Positions 9,668 through 18,163 of a stretch of 64,000 nucleotides of DNA are shown piece by piece. The stretch comes from Verrucomicrobiota bacterium (GTDB lineage: Bacteria; Verrucomicrobiota; Verrucomicrobiia; Chthoniobacterales; UBA10450). Each line of letters opens with the position of its first letter. Position 1 is the first letter of the stretch. The stretch covers positions 10,617 to 74,616 of the forward strand of contig JBEEHG010000071.1 in NCBI GenBank assembly GCA_041167265.1. The letters are read 5' to 3'. Position numbers and translations under genes: made by a program. The notes beneath the pieces are model-generated. The model was not told the origin of the DNA, ran no database searches, and saw nothing but the letters and a program-made list of their open reading frames with translations.

Positions 9668-10573
9668 ATGAAAAAATCCCTGATTCTAAAACTCCTCTGC
9701 TCCGGCGCACTTCTCGTCGGCTTTTCGACGGGCGCTTTCGCTCAAGCCACCCGCACCTGGGTCTCCGGTGTTGGTGATGACGCCAATCCATGTAGCCGCA
9801 CCGCTCCTTGCAAGACGTTTGCCGGCGCCATCTCCAAGACTGCAACCAACGGTGAAATCAACGTATTGGATCCAGGCGGTTTCGGCGGAGTGACCATCAC
9901 AAAACCAATTACCATATCCTCGGAAAACTTCGAGGCTGGCGTTCTCGTCAGCGGCACGAACGCCATTGTAGTTAATACCCCAAACGCTTCGGATGCCGTG
10001 ATCCTTCGGGGACTCGACATTGAAGGACTCACTACTGGTTTGAACGGCATCACCGTTATTACCGGCGGGACCGTCCAGGTCGAGAAGTGCACGATTAACC
10101 ACTTCACGGTGTCGGGCATTAACTTCGTCACCACCGTTGCCAACTCGAAGCTGAACGTGCTCGATACCATCGTGCGCAACAACGGCAACTTCGGCGCCTC
10201 AACGGGCCAGGGAACGCTTGTTAATCCGACAAACGCCGTCACCGCCCATTTCAATAATGTTCGGTGGGAGAACAATGTTGCCGGCCTCAAGGTGCAAGGC
10301 AACTCCAAGAGCAGCGTGAGCAATTGTTTGGCGGGCGATAACGCGTTCGCCGGTTTTTCCGCTGCGACTTCCCCCGCAGTCCTGAACATTGAGAATAGCG
10401 TGTCGACCCACAACGGCACGGGCGTCGTCGGCGCTCCGGGCACGAACGTCCGCCTCGGCAACAACAGCATTACCGACAACGGGGCAGCTACCGGCGGTGG
10501 CGGGACCATCTTCTCGTTCAAGAACAACGATTTCGACGTAGCGGCTGGCGTTACGCCAATCAATCCCCAGTAA
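9668..10573 (+). CDS. Secreted right-handed parallel beta-helix repeat protein
   Basis: Signal peptide MKKSLILKLLCSGALLVGFSTGAFA/QA. Gly/Asn/Thr/Val-rich repeats of about 22-25 aa (NGITVITGG, NNGNFGA, HNGTGVVG). Confidence 0.8.
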   Translation: MKKSLILKLLCSGALLVGFSTGAFAQATRTWVSGVGDDANPCSRTAPCKTFAGAISKTATNGEINVLDPGGFGGVTITKPITISSENFEAGVLVSGTNAIVVNTPNASDAVILRGLDIEGLTTGLNGITVITGGTVQVEKCTINHFTVSGINFVTTVANSKLNVLDTIVRNNGNFGASTGQGTLVNPTNAVTAHFNNVRWENNVAGLKVQGNSKSSVSNCLAGDNAFAGFSAATSPAVLNIENSVSTHNGTGVVGAPGTNVRLGNNSITDNGAATGGGGTIFSFKNNDFDVAAGVTPINPQ

Positions 10574-10585
10574 CCTTGTTTCGTA

Positions 10586-10620
10586 TTCCCTCCCGGCTGG
10601 AACAACCGGCCGGGAGGGAA
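10586..10620 (+). terminator. Stem-loop terminator candidate after the beta-helix gene
   Basis: TTCCCTCCCGG (10586-10596) pairs perfectly with CCGGGAGGGAA (10610-10620), and the stem can extend inward. It starts 13 nt after the stop. No U-tract. Confidence 0.5.
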
Positions 10621-10901
10621 TCAACCTTCGGGCCGGTCCTTTTCATCCCTGCGGATTTGCCCTGAGAAACTTTCAGGCGACGCGCGGTCTATCACGCGGG
10701 GGACGTCGCTTAAATAGCTGCGGCCAGCCCCTCCTATTGCGTTCCCTCTCTTAAAACGCGGCAGGCGATCGCTCGCACCCTGAACTTCGCGTCGCCCGTG
10801 TAACACAAACGCTGCGCGAGCATACCAGGCACGTCACCGAAGGGCCGTTCGCACGCCGCCCTGCTCGAGCGTGCGGGATTGCCGAGGCTTTGAAATCTGT
10901 T

Positions 10902-11582
10902 ATGAGACGACGGTTGAAATTGCCCTTGATCATTCCCGACGAATTGCACCGCAACGCCCCGGAAGTGCACGCTTTGGGTCCGGAGCACACTGGCTCGACC
11001 TTGATTCAACTTGCCCTGCGCCGAATTGGACTAGACGGTCTGTCGGATTGCGATGTTCTCGACGTCGGGTGCGGAGTGCGTTTCACCCAGGCGATAATCA
11101 ACCGCAATATTCCCATCAAGAGCTACACCGGAATCGACGTCTACCTTCCGCTTATCGAGTACCTTTCGCGCGAGGTTGACGATCCACGTTTCTCTTACGC
11201 CCACTGGCCTGTGGAGAACGGCCGATACAATCCCGGGGGCGTGAAAATGACTCCAGAAGCCAACTTGCCAATCGAAGGCACATTCGACGTCATCTGGCTT
11301 TTCTCCGTCTTTACTCATCTCGACCCGCCCGACGCCAATTCCATTCTGGCAATTCTCCGGCGTTACATTCGACCGGCTGGCACTCTCTTCTTCTCGGCCT
11401 TCCTCGATAATTCGGTCGATGATTTCGAGGCAAAAATCCCGGAGCAGCCGCTGGACTATCCGTGCTATTCCGAGAAGTACATGCGGCACCTCGCTACGAA
11501 GAATGGGTGGATCGTGTCGTCAATTAACGGCCCCGAAGAGTTCATTCAACACCATCTGGTGTGTCGGGTCGCACCGGAGTGA
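10902..11582 (+). CDS. Class I SAM-dependent methyltransferase
   Basis: Motif I VLDVGCGVRFTQ, then DVIWLFSVFTHL and IRPAGTLFFS. The first ATG is at 10902; the track start at 10890 is TTG. Confidence 0.75.
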   Translation: MRRRLKLPLIIPDELHRNAPEVHALGPEHTGSTLIQLALRRIGLDGLSDCDVLDVGCGVRFTQAIINRNIPIKSYTGIDVYLPLIEYLSREVDDPRFSYAHWPVENGRYNPGGVKMTPEANLPIEGTFDVIWLFSVFTHLDPPDANSILAILRRYIRPAGTLFFSAFLDNSVDDFEAKIPEQPLDYPCYSEKYMRHLATKNGWIVSSINGPEEFIQHHLVCRVAPE

Positions 11583-11678
11583 TAGCTTATCAATCGTCAG
11601 TCTAGCAATCTCGCGCAGATACCAGCAGGGCGGGGCAAGACCTATTATCCGCAGCTTGATGGAATTAGAGCGATCGCT

Positions 11679-12701
11679 GTGTCGGCTGTGTTGATTGGAC
11701 ATCTAATCCCTTTTCCATTCCTGCAAGCAACTGTGGGATGGGGAGACATCGGAGTTATAATGTTCTTTTGTCTCAGCGGCTTTTTAATTACTGGCATTTT
11801 ATTGAGCATTAAATCTCCGGCGGCACGTGGAAAATTCTCGGGCCTGAAATCATTCTACATCCGTCGCGCCCTCCGCATCTTTCCCATCTATTACCTTACG
11901 ATTGCGATCGCAATAGCAATTGGCTACCAGCCCGCACGGGACCACGCCGTTCGCTTCCTTACTTATAGTCTTAACCTGCCGGGCTTGGGTTTATCGGAGA
12001 ATTTAGGCGCCCTCTCGCATTTTTGGTCCTTGAGCGTCGAAGAGCAGTTTTATCTTTTTTGGCCGGTCGCTGTTTTGTCGTTACCGCGGCCCGTTCTACC
12101 CCGGGTAGTCCTTGCGCTTATCGGATTATCCCTCCTCTATAAAATCTCCTTCGCGGCTGTCGGAGCGCCCTACAAAGTAATCTTTTTTCGCATACCTGGA
12201 TGTATTGATTCATTGGGATTGGGTTCACTTTTGGCCCTCCAGCACGATCCGTCGAGAACCTCGGAGAGGGTTCGCCCGTTTGTAATCGCGGGAAAGGTTG
12301 GGGGATGTTTGTGGGTCGCCATGACGGCGCTCCGAACGGTGCTGGGTATTGATCCGTTCTACCGCGGGTATCTACCGTTCGGCGTTCTCTACTTCTTTGT
12401 TTCCGCTCTCACGTTTACAGGCCTGATTGCCAGTGCGCTTACGAAATCGGAGGGTTTGCTCAGCCACGCGCTGGAAAACCCCTGGGCGGTTCATCTTGGA
12501 AGGATCAGCTATGGTGTGTACGTGTATCACTTCATTATCCCTTATCTGCTCGGCTGGGCTAATGGTAAGTATCTCCTGCATATGGAGTCCCCTTGGATTT
12601 TAGCGCTCTTGAGCGTCGGCCTGAGCCTCTTGGCGGCTGAGTTTTCGTGGCGGTTAATCGAAAGACCCTTTCTCAACTGCAAAAGACGTTTTCAATATTG
12701 A
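11679..12701 (+). CDS. Acyltransferase family 3 membrane O-acyltransferase (true start probably upstream, see findings)
   Basis: FFCLSGFLITGIL, FWSLSVEEQFY, and about 10 TM helices. The conserved LDGIRAIAV motif lies in-frame upstream of the called GTG. Confidence 0.75.
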   Translation: MSAVLIGHLIPFPFLQATVGWGDIGVIMFFCLSGFLITGILLSIKSPAARGKFSGLKSFYIRRALRIFPIYYLTIAIAIAIGYQPARDHAVRFLTYSLNLPGLGLSENLGALSHFWSLSVEEQFYLFWPVAVLSLPRPVLPRVVLALIGLSLLYKISFAAVGAPYKVIFFRIPGCIDSLGLGSLLALQHDPSRTSERVRPFVIAGKVGGCLWVAMTALRTVLGIDPFYRGYLPFGVLYFFVSALTFTGLIASALTKSEGLLSHALENPWAVHLGRISYGVYVYHFIIPYLLGWANGKYLLHMESPWILALLSVGLSLLAAEFSWRLIERPFLNCKRRFQY

Positions 12702-12789
12702 GTGCACCGAAGACAACGGAAGTAATCGTCGCCCGTGTGCAAGAATTAGGAGTCACTTAAGCCGTCAGGCTCGACGGTTTGTTATCGGA

Positions 12790-13557
12790 TTACGTAACGG
12801 CGGTCTCTCCGACAATAAAAAGCAGGTCGGTCCGAGATGTGTAGACGGTACGCTCTACTTTGCATTCGGTGATTCCGAAGTCTAGGTGTGTCAGTTCTTC
12901 GAGAACTCCGTCTACAGTGCCGTGCCGGATGGGTGGTTCGACCTCGAGACCCTCCGATCGATTCCAGATGAAATCGGTTGAAGGTATTACGTCGATAGCT
13001 AGAACAAGAAGCCCTCCAGGATGCAGCCACTCCCGGCAAAAGCGCAAGGTCTGCTTTCTTGCCTGCGCGGGAAAGTGCGCCAGCGAACTGATGGAGTAAA
13101 TGGCATCGAATTTCGCGCGGGGGACGAAGTCTGCCATATCGCAATGATGGGCAGTAAGATTAGGGTGCAAGGCGCCGTAATCGAAGAATCCCCATTCGCT
13201 CCAGTCCGGCTGGGTGGGCGGTGTCCGAATGCTGGGATGCTTGTCAACGCAGTCGACAAACATGCCCCGCCTGGCGAGGAAGAATGGCACCGGGTTCAGG
13301 CCTGCGGCGATGTCTAGTAACCGAGATCCAGTGGGAAGCCCTTCGAGCTTCTCAGCGATCCAAGGGTAGTTGATCGTATGCGGGTAATGCCGCGTATAAA
13401 AGCCGAAGGCTTGGCGGGAAATGTCAACCAGCTCCTCGAGCAGGTCGGGCCTGGGGGCGGCAGCGAGGGCGCGTTGCAGTTCGATTTCCGGGATGTCAGT
13501 CGGATGCAAAGAAGTGCTGGGTGAATTCATCTCAATTACGGCGGCCCTCCCAGACAA
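12790..13557 (-). CDS. SAM-dependent methyltransferase-like protein
   Basis: RLLDIAAGLNP (motif I-like), FDAIYSISSLAHF and LHPGGLLVLAIDV. Confidence 0.65.
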   Translation of the reverse strand: MSGRAAVIEMNSPSTSLHPTDIPEIELQRALAAAPRPDLLEELVDISRQAFGFYTRHYPHTINYPWIAEKLEGLPTGSRLLDIAAGLNPVPFFLARRGMFVDCVDKHPSIRTPPTQPDWSEWGFFDYGALHPNLTAHHCDMADFVPRAKFDAIYSISSLAHFPAQARKQTLRFCREWLHPGGLLVLAIDVIPSTDFIWNRSEGLEVEPPIRHGTVDGVLEELTHLDFGITECKVERTVYTSRTDLLFIVGETAVT

Positions 13558-14492
13558 TCCTGGCCGAACGGCAAGGTTGGACCAATCACTCTTCGCACGT
13601 GCTCCTGGAATATTTTGTTTACACCGGAGACCGTGGAATGCAGGAACTCCTGGTAGCGGTCCTCGTGGCTAAATATCGTCTTTCGTTCGAACTCGTGAGT
13701 GCGCAGGTAGTGGAATATCTTTACGTTGTCCAGTTCCTCAGGAAAACGGATGATGGCCCGTTCATCATTCGGAAAATTGTAGCGCATGGGTAAGGCACAA
13801 CTGCGCGCACCTATACGTGTGACTGCCAAAGCTAGCGCGACTTGACCTGCATAGTACGGTTCAAAGAGTCGCTCGATGACTTTCGGTCGCAGGTCGAGGT
13901 AGGCATTCGCGAACTCGTGGAAAATCGGCCTCGGAATGAAGACGGCGCCGTCGTTCACATAGAATGGCGCTATCGTATTTTCTTTCATGGCGGTTGACTC
14001 AACGAGCGAATAGCTTTGGCGGAAGTCCAAAGGCCTGGTCACCAGCCCGTCGGCCACACTTAACCATCCTTGTAACGCCGTCATCCCGGGAGGGACGGGG
14101 AAGGGCAGGTGCGCCATAACACCTGCAATCGCATTGATCTTGGCAACATATTCGAGCACGTCTTCAAAGCCGCCCACCGGCAGCGTATCTGCGTCCATCC
14201 TGACCAAAACATCGGCGTCGATGGGCGCCCAACGAAACGATCCGTCGATTTGGGCATAAAACACCGGTGTCTTCTCGGATTGACTTCGCGGGGCGAGGAC
14301 GAACGTCACTTCAGGAAAGTCCCTGCGCCAGAACTCAATGACATTGCTGTCCAAGCTACCACCTACACACACGAGGATCTCTGGTTCCCATTCCTGCCAA
14401 TTCAGGTTTCGACAAGCCGTAGTAAAAGCGGCCACCTGGGATAAAAACGCGTGTGATCCGTCAGCGGGAATCAGAAAGGCAACTTTGGGCAT
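13536..14492 (-). CDS. Putative GT-A-fold glycosyltransferase-like protein
   Basis: N-terminal beta-strand KVAFLIPADG and a DXD-like VRMDADTL. No closer family recognised. Confidence 0.45.
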   Translation of the reverse strand: MPKVAFLIPADGSHAFLSQVAAFTTACRNLNWQEWEPEILVCVGGSLDSNVIEFWRRDFPEVTFVLAPRSQSEKTPVFYAQIDGSFRWAPIDADVLVRMDADTLPVGGFEDVLEYVAKINAIAGVMAHLPFPVPPGMTALQGWLSVADGLVTRPLDFRQSYSLVESTAMKENTIAPFYVNDGAVFIPRPIFHEFANAYLDLRPKVIERLFEPYYAGQVALALAVTRIGARSCALPMRYNFPNDERAIIRFPEELDNVKIFHYLRTHEFERKTIFSHEDRYQEFLHSTVSGVNKIFQEHVRRVIGPTLPFGQDCLGGPP

Positions 14493-14676
14493 CGTCTACT
14501 TGATATTAGCACAACGGTCGTTCGCGCATCCGTGGAGGACGTGAGGGGCGCAGCGTCCCAGTGTCGATGTGGCCCAATGGTAATGCTGTTGCACAAACGT
14601 GGCGAATCGTTTTCTTTGCGTGATCGCGAAGGCGAGGTTGAACGATAAATGTGCCGCCTTATGCTCCGCCAAGTTC

Positions 14677-16599
14677 ATGTCCTATCTCCCATCTCGACCG
14701 GTCATTATCACCGGGATGCACCGCTCGGGCACCTCGCTGACTGCTTCTTTTCTGGCCGACCTCGGAGTTCATCTCGGAAACCAACAACTCCGTTCTGATC
14801 GGACCAATCCGCTGGGTTTTTTTGAGGATGTCGGTTTCGTGGAATTACAGGGCCGAATCCTGGCGGCAGCGACTCAGGAAGGAGATGGTGGACATCGCGA
14901 CTGGGGCTGGACGGAAAGCGAGTCGTTTGATCGAAGCTGTTTGCCTGGGTATTGGCCGTTCGCGCAGGACTTAGTCTCGGCCCGCGCTACCGGGCCCGGC
15001 CCCTGGGGATGGAAGGACCCGCGGACTAGCTTGCTCCTCGACTTCTGGGATGACGTCCTCGGCGGACAAGCGGTCTACGTGCTTCTTTATCGCCTGCCTT
15101 GGGAAGTCGCCGATTCCATTCAGCGGCTGGGCGCCAATGTATTCCTCGAAAATCCCGAATACGCCTTGCGCATTTGGTCCTTTTACAACCGCCACCTGTT
15201 GGACTTTTACGGAAGACATTCAGACAGGGCCATCCTCGTCAACTCGAATGCCCTCCAGCGCAATCCAGGAGGTTTCGTGGATCTCCTGCGAAACAAGCTT
15301 GAGCTCGATCTGGGCGACGCACCATTTGACGAAGTTTGGCGCCAGAAGCTGTTTCGCTCATTCGACCCTGACGATCCGTTAATTTCGCTGACGGCTGCGA
15401 CCTCGCTCGAATGTTGCCGCCTGCTCTCGCAACTCGATTCCGGTGCGGACCTTTCCGCAGCGGGCCTTTGGAATACCGCTCCGATCGACGGCCAGCGTCT
15501 CCGGCCAGCCGACCCTGTCGACCTTTCCGTTGTCATCCCTTGTTATAACCAAGGCGAATTCCTGGTGGACGCCATTGCGAGCGTGGAAAGGACTGCGGAA
15601 GGGAAATGCGAGCTGGTTATCGTCAACGACGGATCAACGGAGCGGAGAACGATCGATGTGCTCGATATTTTGCGGAAGGCTGGCTATTACATCCTCGACC
15701 AGCCCAACGCCGGCCTGGCGGCAGCGCGTAACAACGGAATCGCAGTGGCGCGGGGCCAATACATTCTGCCGTTAGACGCCGATAACCGGCTTGCGCCCGG
15801 GTTCATTGCCTCAGCCATCGACCTGCTGAACAAACAAGCCGACATTGGCGTGGTGTATGGCGATCGGCTGGACTTTGGAGCCCGCTCCGGACGCGCGCAT
15901 ATCCCTCCCTTCAACCTTAACCTCCTTCTGCGCTCGAATTATATCGACGCGTGCGCGGTCTACCGGCGCGAGATCTGGAGAAGTTGCGGCGGCTACGATG
16001 CCGGCGCCGCCGTGCTGGAGGATTGGGAGTTCTGGATCGCGACGGCGAAGCGCGGCTGGCATTTCTGCCGGCTAGCTAACCCAACGTTCGAATATCGGGT
16101 CCGTCCTAACTCAATGCTGGCCCTGGCTGGGCAGGATATCCAGAGTTCGACTCATGATTACATCCTTCGCAAGCACCGTACGCTCTATCAGGAGCTCATT
16201 CGAATGGATAAGCTTTCGGCCGAGGACGTAGCAGCAATATCGCTCGAGGTGACCAGTGCGCCCCCGCGAGAAGTTAACGCTTCCGCCACCTTCAAGCTGA
16301 ATGCCAGGGTAACCAACGCCTCGAACAAGGTCCTTTATTCAGTACCGCCTTGTCCCGTTCGTCTGGCCTATCATTGGATCGAAAAAACTACCCGGCAAAT
16401 CGTCGTATTAGATGGCAACCGGAGCGGACTGTTTCCCGGAGCCAATCCGAACACGTCCGAGTCCTATCCGTTAACCATCCTGGCGCCGGCCGAGGCTGGT
16501 GAATACGTCCTCCAGATTACCATGGTGCAGGAGGGGGTCTGCTGGTTTGAAAGCATCCGGGCGGAAATCCTGCAGGAGTTTGGGGTGTTTGTCGTTTAG
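14677..16599 (+). CDS. Fusion protein: N-terminal sulfotransferase domain, GT2 glycosyltransferase domain, and C-terminal ~120-aa shared beta-rich module
   Basis: PAPS 5'-PSB-like ITGMHRSGTSL and 3'-PB-like WKDPRTSL. GT2 motifs LSVVIPCYNQGEFL, VNDGSTE and LDADN. The C-terminus ends ...GEYVLQITMVQEGVCWF. ATG at 14677. Confidence 0.75.
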   Translation: MSYLPSRPVIITGMHRSGTSLTASFLADLGVHLGNQQLRSDRTNPLGFFEDVGFVELQGRILAAATQEGDGGHRDWGWTESESFDRSCLPGYWPFAQDLVSARATGPGPWGWKDPRTSLLLDFWDDVLGGQAVYVLLYRLPWEVADSIQRLGANVFLENPEYALRIWSFYNRHLLDFYGRHSDRAILVNSNALQRNPGGFVDLLRNKLELDLGDAPFDEVWRQKLFRSFDPDDPLISLTAATSLECCRLLSQLDSGADLSAAGLWNTAPIDGQRLRPADPVDLSVVIPCYNQGEFLVDAIASVERTAEGKCELVIVNDGSTERRTIDVLDILRKAGYYILDQPNAGLAAARNNGIAVARGQYILPLDADNRLAPGFIASAIDLLNKQADIGVVYGDRLDFGARSGRAHIPPFNLNLLLRSNYIDACAVYRREIWRSCGGYDAGAAVLEDWEFWIATAKRGWHFCRLANPTFEYRVRPNSMLALAGQDIQSSTHDYILRKHRTLYQELIRMDKLSAEDVAAISLEVTSAPPREVNASATFKLNARVTNASNKVLYSVPPCPVRLAYHWIEKTTRQIVVLDGNRSGLFPGANPNTSESYPLTILAPAEAGEYVLQITMVQEGVCWFESIRAEILQEFGVFVV

Positions 16600-17492
16600 A
16601 CCGTTATGGCCGCCTGGGCCCGCATCGCCGCCTGAGAATTGGTCAACTCGCAATACCTTTCCATTCGCGCCACCCGTTCGGGCGAGAAAAGCCCTTCCTG
16701 TTCCAGAATCCGGTTGACCTCAGCGATTTCCGCGGGATTTGAGGGGGCCCCGAATGGGTGCCAGGTGCTGTCGTAAAGGCCTATGTGCGCGACATAGTCT
16801 ACTACTGCCAGCTGGCGCGTTCGGGCTGCGATCGAGTTCGGATGCCATTTCATCAATTCCCAATCCACATCTCGGTCGCGATGGTGCGGAAAAGGCACGC
16901 ATGCGGCAAGGATCTCTCTTCTCATGATGAGGCAGAGACCGCGCTCTATCGTTTTTACCCTGACTATGATCGTTTGACCACGGAATGGATAGGGCACCTC
17001 AGCTATGGTCTCATGCTCGATGGAGTCGTGGCCGCTAATAACGGCGAAATGGCTATTGCCCTCGAGGATCTCGATCATATCCTGGACGGGCTTCTTGAAG
17101 TAGGCGTCTGCATCCGCCACCATCACGTGCGCAGGGGCACGGTAGCCGGCGAACTCGCAGTCCTGGGTCACCAGCTGGGAGAAGATATTCACGACGAAAG
17201 GTATCCCCATGTTCTGGGGCAGGAAGACCTTGAAGAGGCGATGCTCCTCGCAGCTCAAGCTCTCGATATACCGTGCCGTTTCCGCATCGCTGCCATTGTC
17301 GAAAATCCAGATTGACGCTTCAATCCCGGCTAGCTGGCGAAGCAATGACGTGAAGCTCGCCTGGAAGAGGTCGCTTCGATTCCATACCGGCAAGCACACC
17401 GCGAGCCGGTAGGAAGATCCAGCGGCAGGGCCCTGCCTGGCAGGACCTTCTTTGGTTACGTGGTTTTGCTCAGCTCTAAGCTCGTCAAGCAT
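16596..17492 (-). CDS. GT2-like glycosyltransferase
   Basis: LAVCLPVWNRSDLF, IFDNGSDAET and VADADAYF (DXD). The stop overlaps the convergent 14677..16599 stop (TTAG). Confidence 0.6.
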   Translation of the reverse strand: MLDELRAEQNHVTKEGPARQGPAAGSSYRLAVCLPVWNRSDLFQASFTSLLRQLAGIEASIWIFDNGSDAETARYIESLSCEEHRLFKVFLPQNMGIPFVVNIFSQLVTQDCEFAGYRAPAHVMVADADAYFKKPVQDMIEILEGNSHFAVISGHDSIEHETIAEVPYPFRGQTIIVRVKTIERGLCLIMRREILAACVPFPHHRDRDVDWELMKWHPNSIAARTRQLAVVDYVAHIGLYDSTWHPFGAPSNPAEIAEVNRILEQEGLFSPERVARMERYCELTNSQAAMRAQAAITV

Positions 17493-18040
17493 ATCCCCAA
17501 AACCCGAGGGTCCGCGTTCACTCCTAACGATTTTGGCGATGCCGCCTTCGGCGTCCGGAACTCAAGTGTAAGTGTCCCGCCGTCCTTGGTGATCTCAGCC
17601 GGAATAGCGGCCGTGAATTCAGCGACGTTTCCGACTTGCCATTCCGCTACTTTTTGTCCATTCGCGTAAAGCTCGACCGGTTGAGTTGGAAGCTCGGGCG
17701 GGTGATTCAGCGCGGCTATGTTCACCTTAAGCGTCAACCCGCCAGCAACCGCGGATATTGGCAATGCCAGTTTGGCTGAAGTTCCCTCCGACCAGGTGAA
17801 ATTGGGTTCGGACGCGCTCCAGCCCGAGACACGGTAACGTTCGCTCTGCGCGCCGGCCTTGAATTCGATGCGACGGCCTACCACGTCGCCGGTGGCGGGA
17901 GCGGATTCGGGGGTGGAAGTCGTTTGGGTTGAGCTGTCACAGCCCGCCTGAGTGATCAATGCCAGAGATACTACCGCCGTCGCCGCCCACCCAGTTCTTG
18001 ACCGAAGCCTCGACGACAAAGACGATGATGTTTGATTCAT
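17456..18040 (-). CDS. Putative lipoprotein with beta-rich domain
   Basis: From the ATG at 18040: MNQTSSS...VVSLALITQAGC (lipobox-like) followed by a Ser/Thr linker. Domain GWSASEPNFTWSEG...DPRVLGICL. Confidence 0.6.
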   Translation of the reverse strand: MNQTSSSLSSRLRSRTGWAATAVVSLALITQAGCDSSTQTTSTPESAPATGDVVGRRIEFKAGAQSERYRVSGWSASEPNFTWSEGTSAKLALPISAVAGGLTLKVNIAALNHPPELPTQPVELYANGQKVAEWQVGNVAEFTAAIPAEITKDGGTLTLEFRTPKAASPKSLGVNADPRVLGICLTSLELSKTT

Positions 18041-18163
18041 AGAGTCGAACTGAGCCAAACTGGGTAGAGTGTCAAGTCTGCCACGTCCTAATTTAATGGC
18101 CCCCCGATTGGCGCTAGAAATCTGGTGGCGCGGCGGGCGCGAATTAGCATATGATACCGCGGT

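Noticed and set aside
9742-10605. A 287-aa minus-strand ORF antisense to the beta-helix gene (also 9686-10102 and 10199-10624).
   Set aside because: The plus-strand product has a clean signal peptide and a regular beta-helix repeat pattern. The antisense translations are Pro/Val-rich shadows with no motifs.
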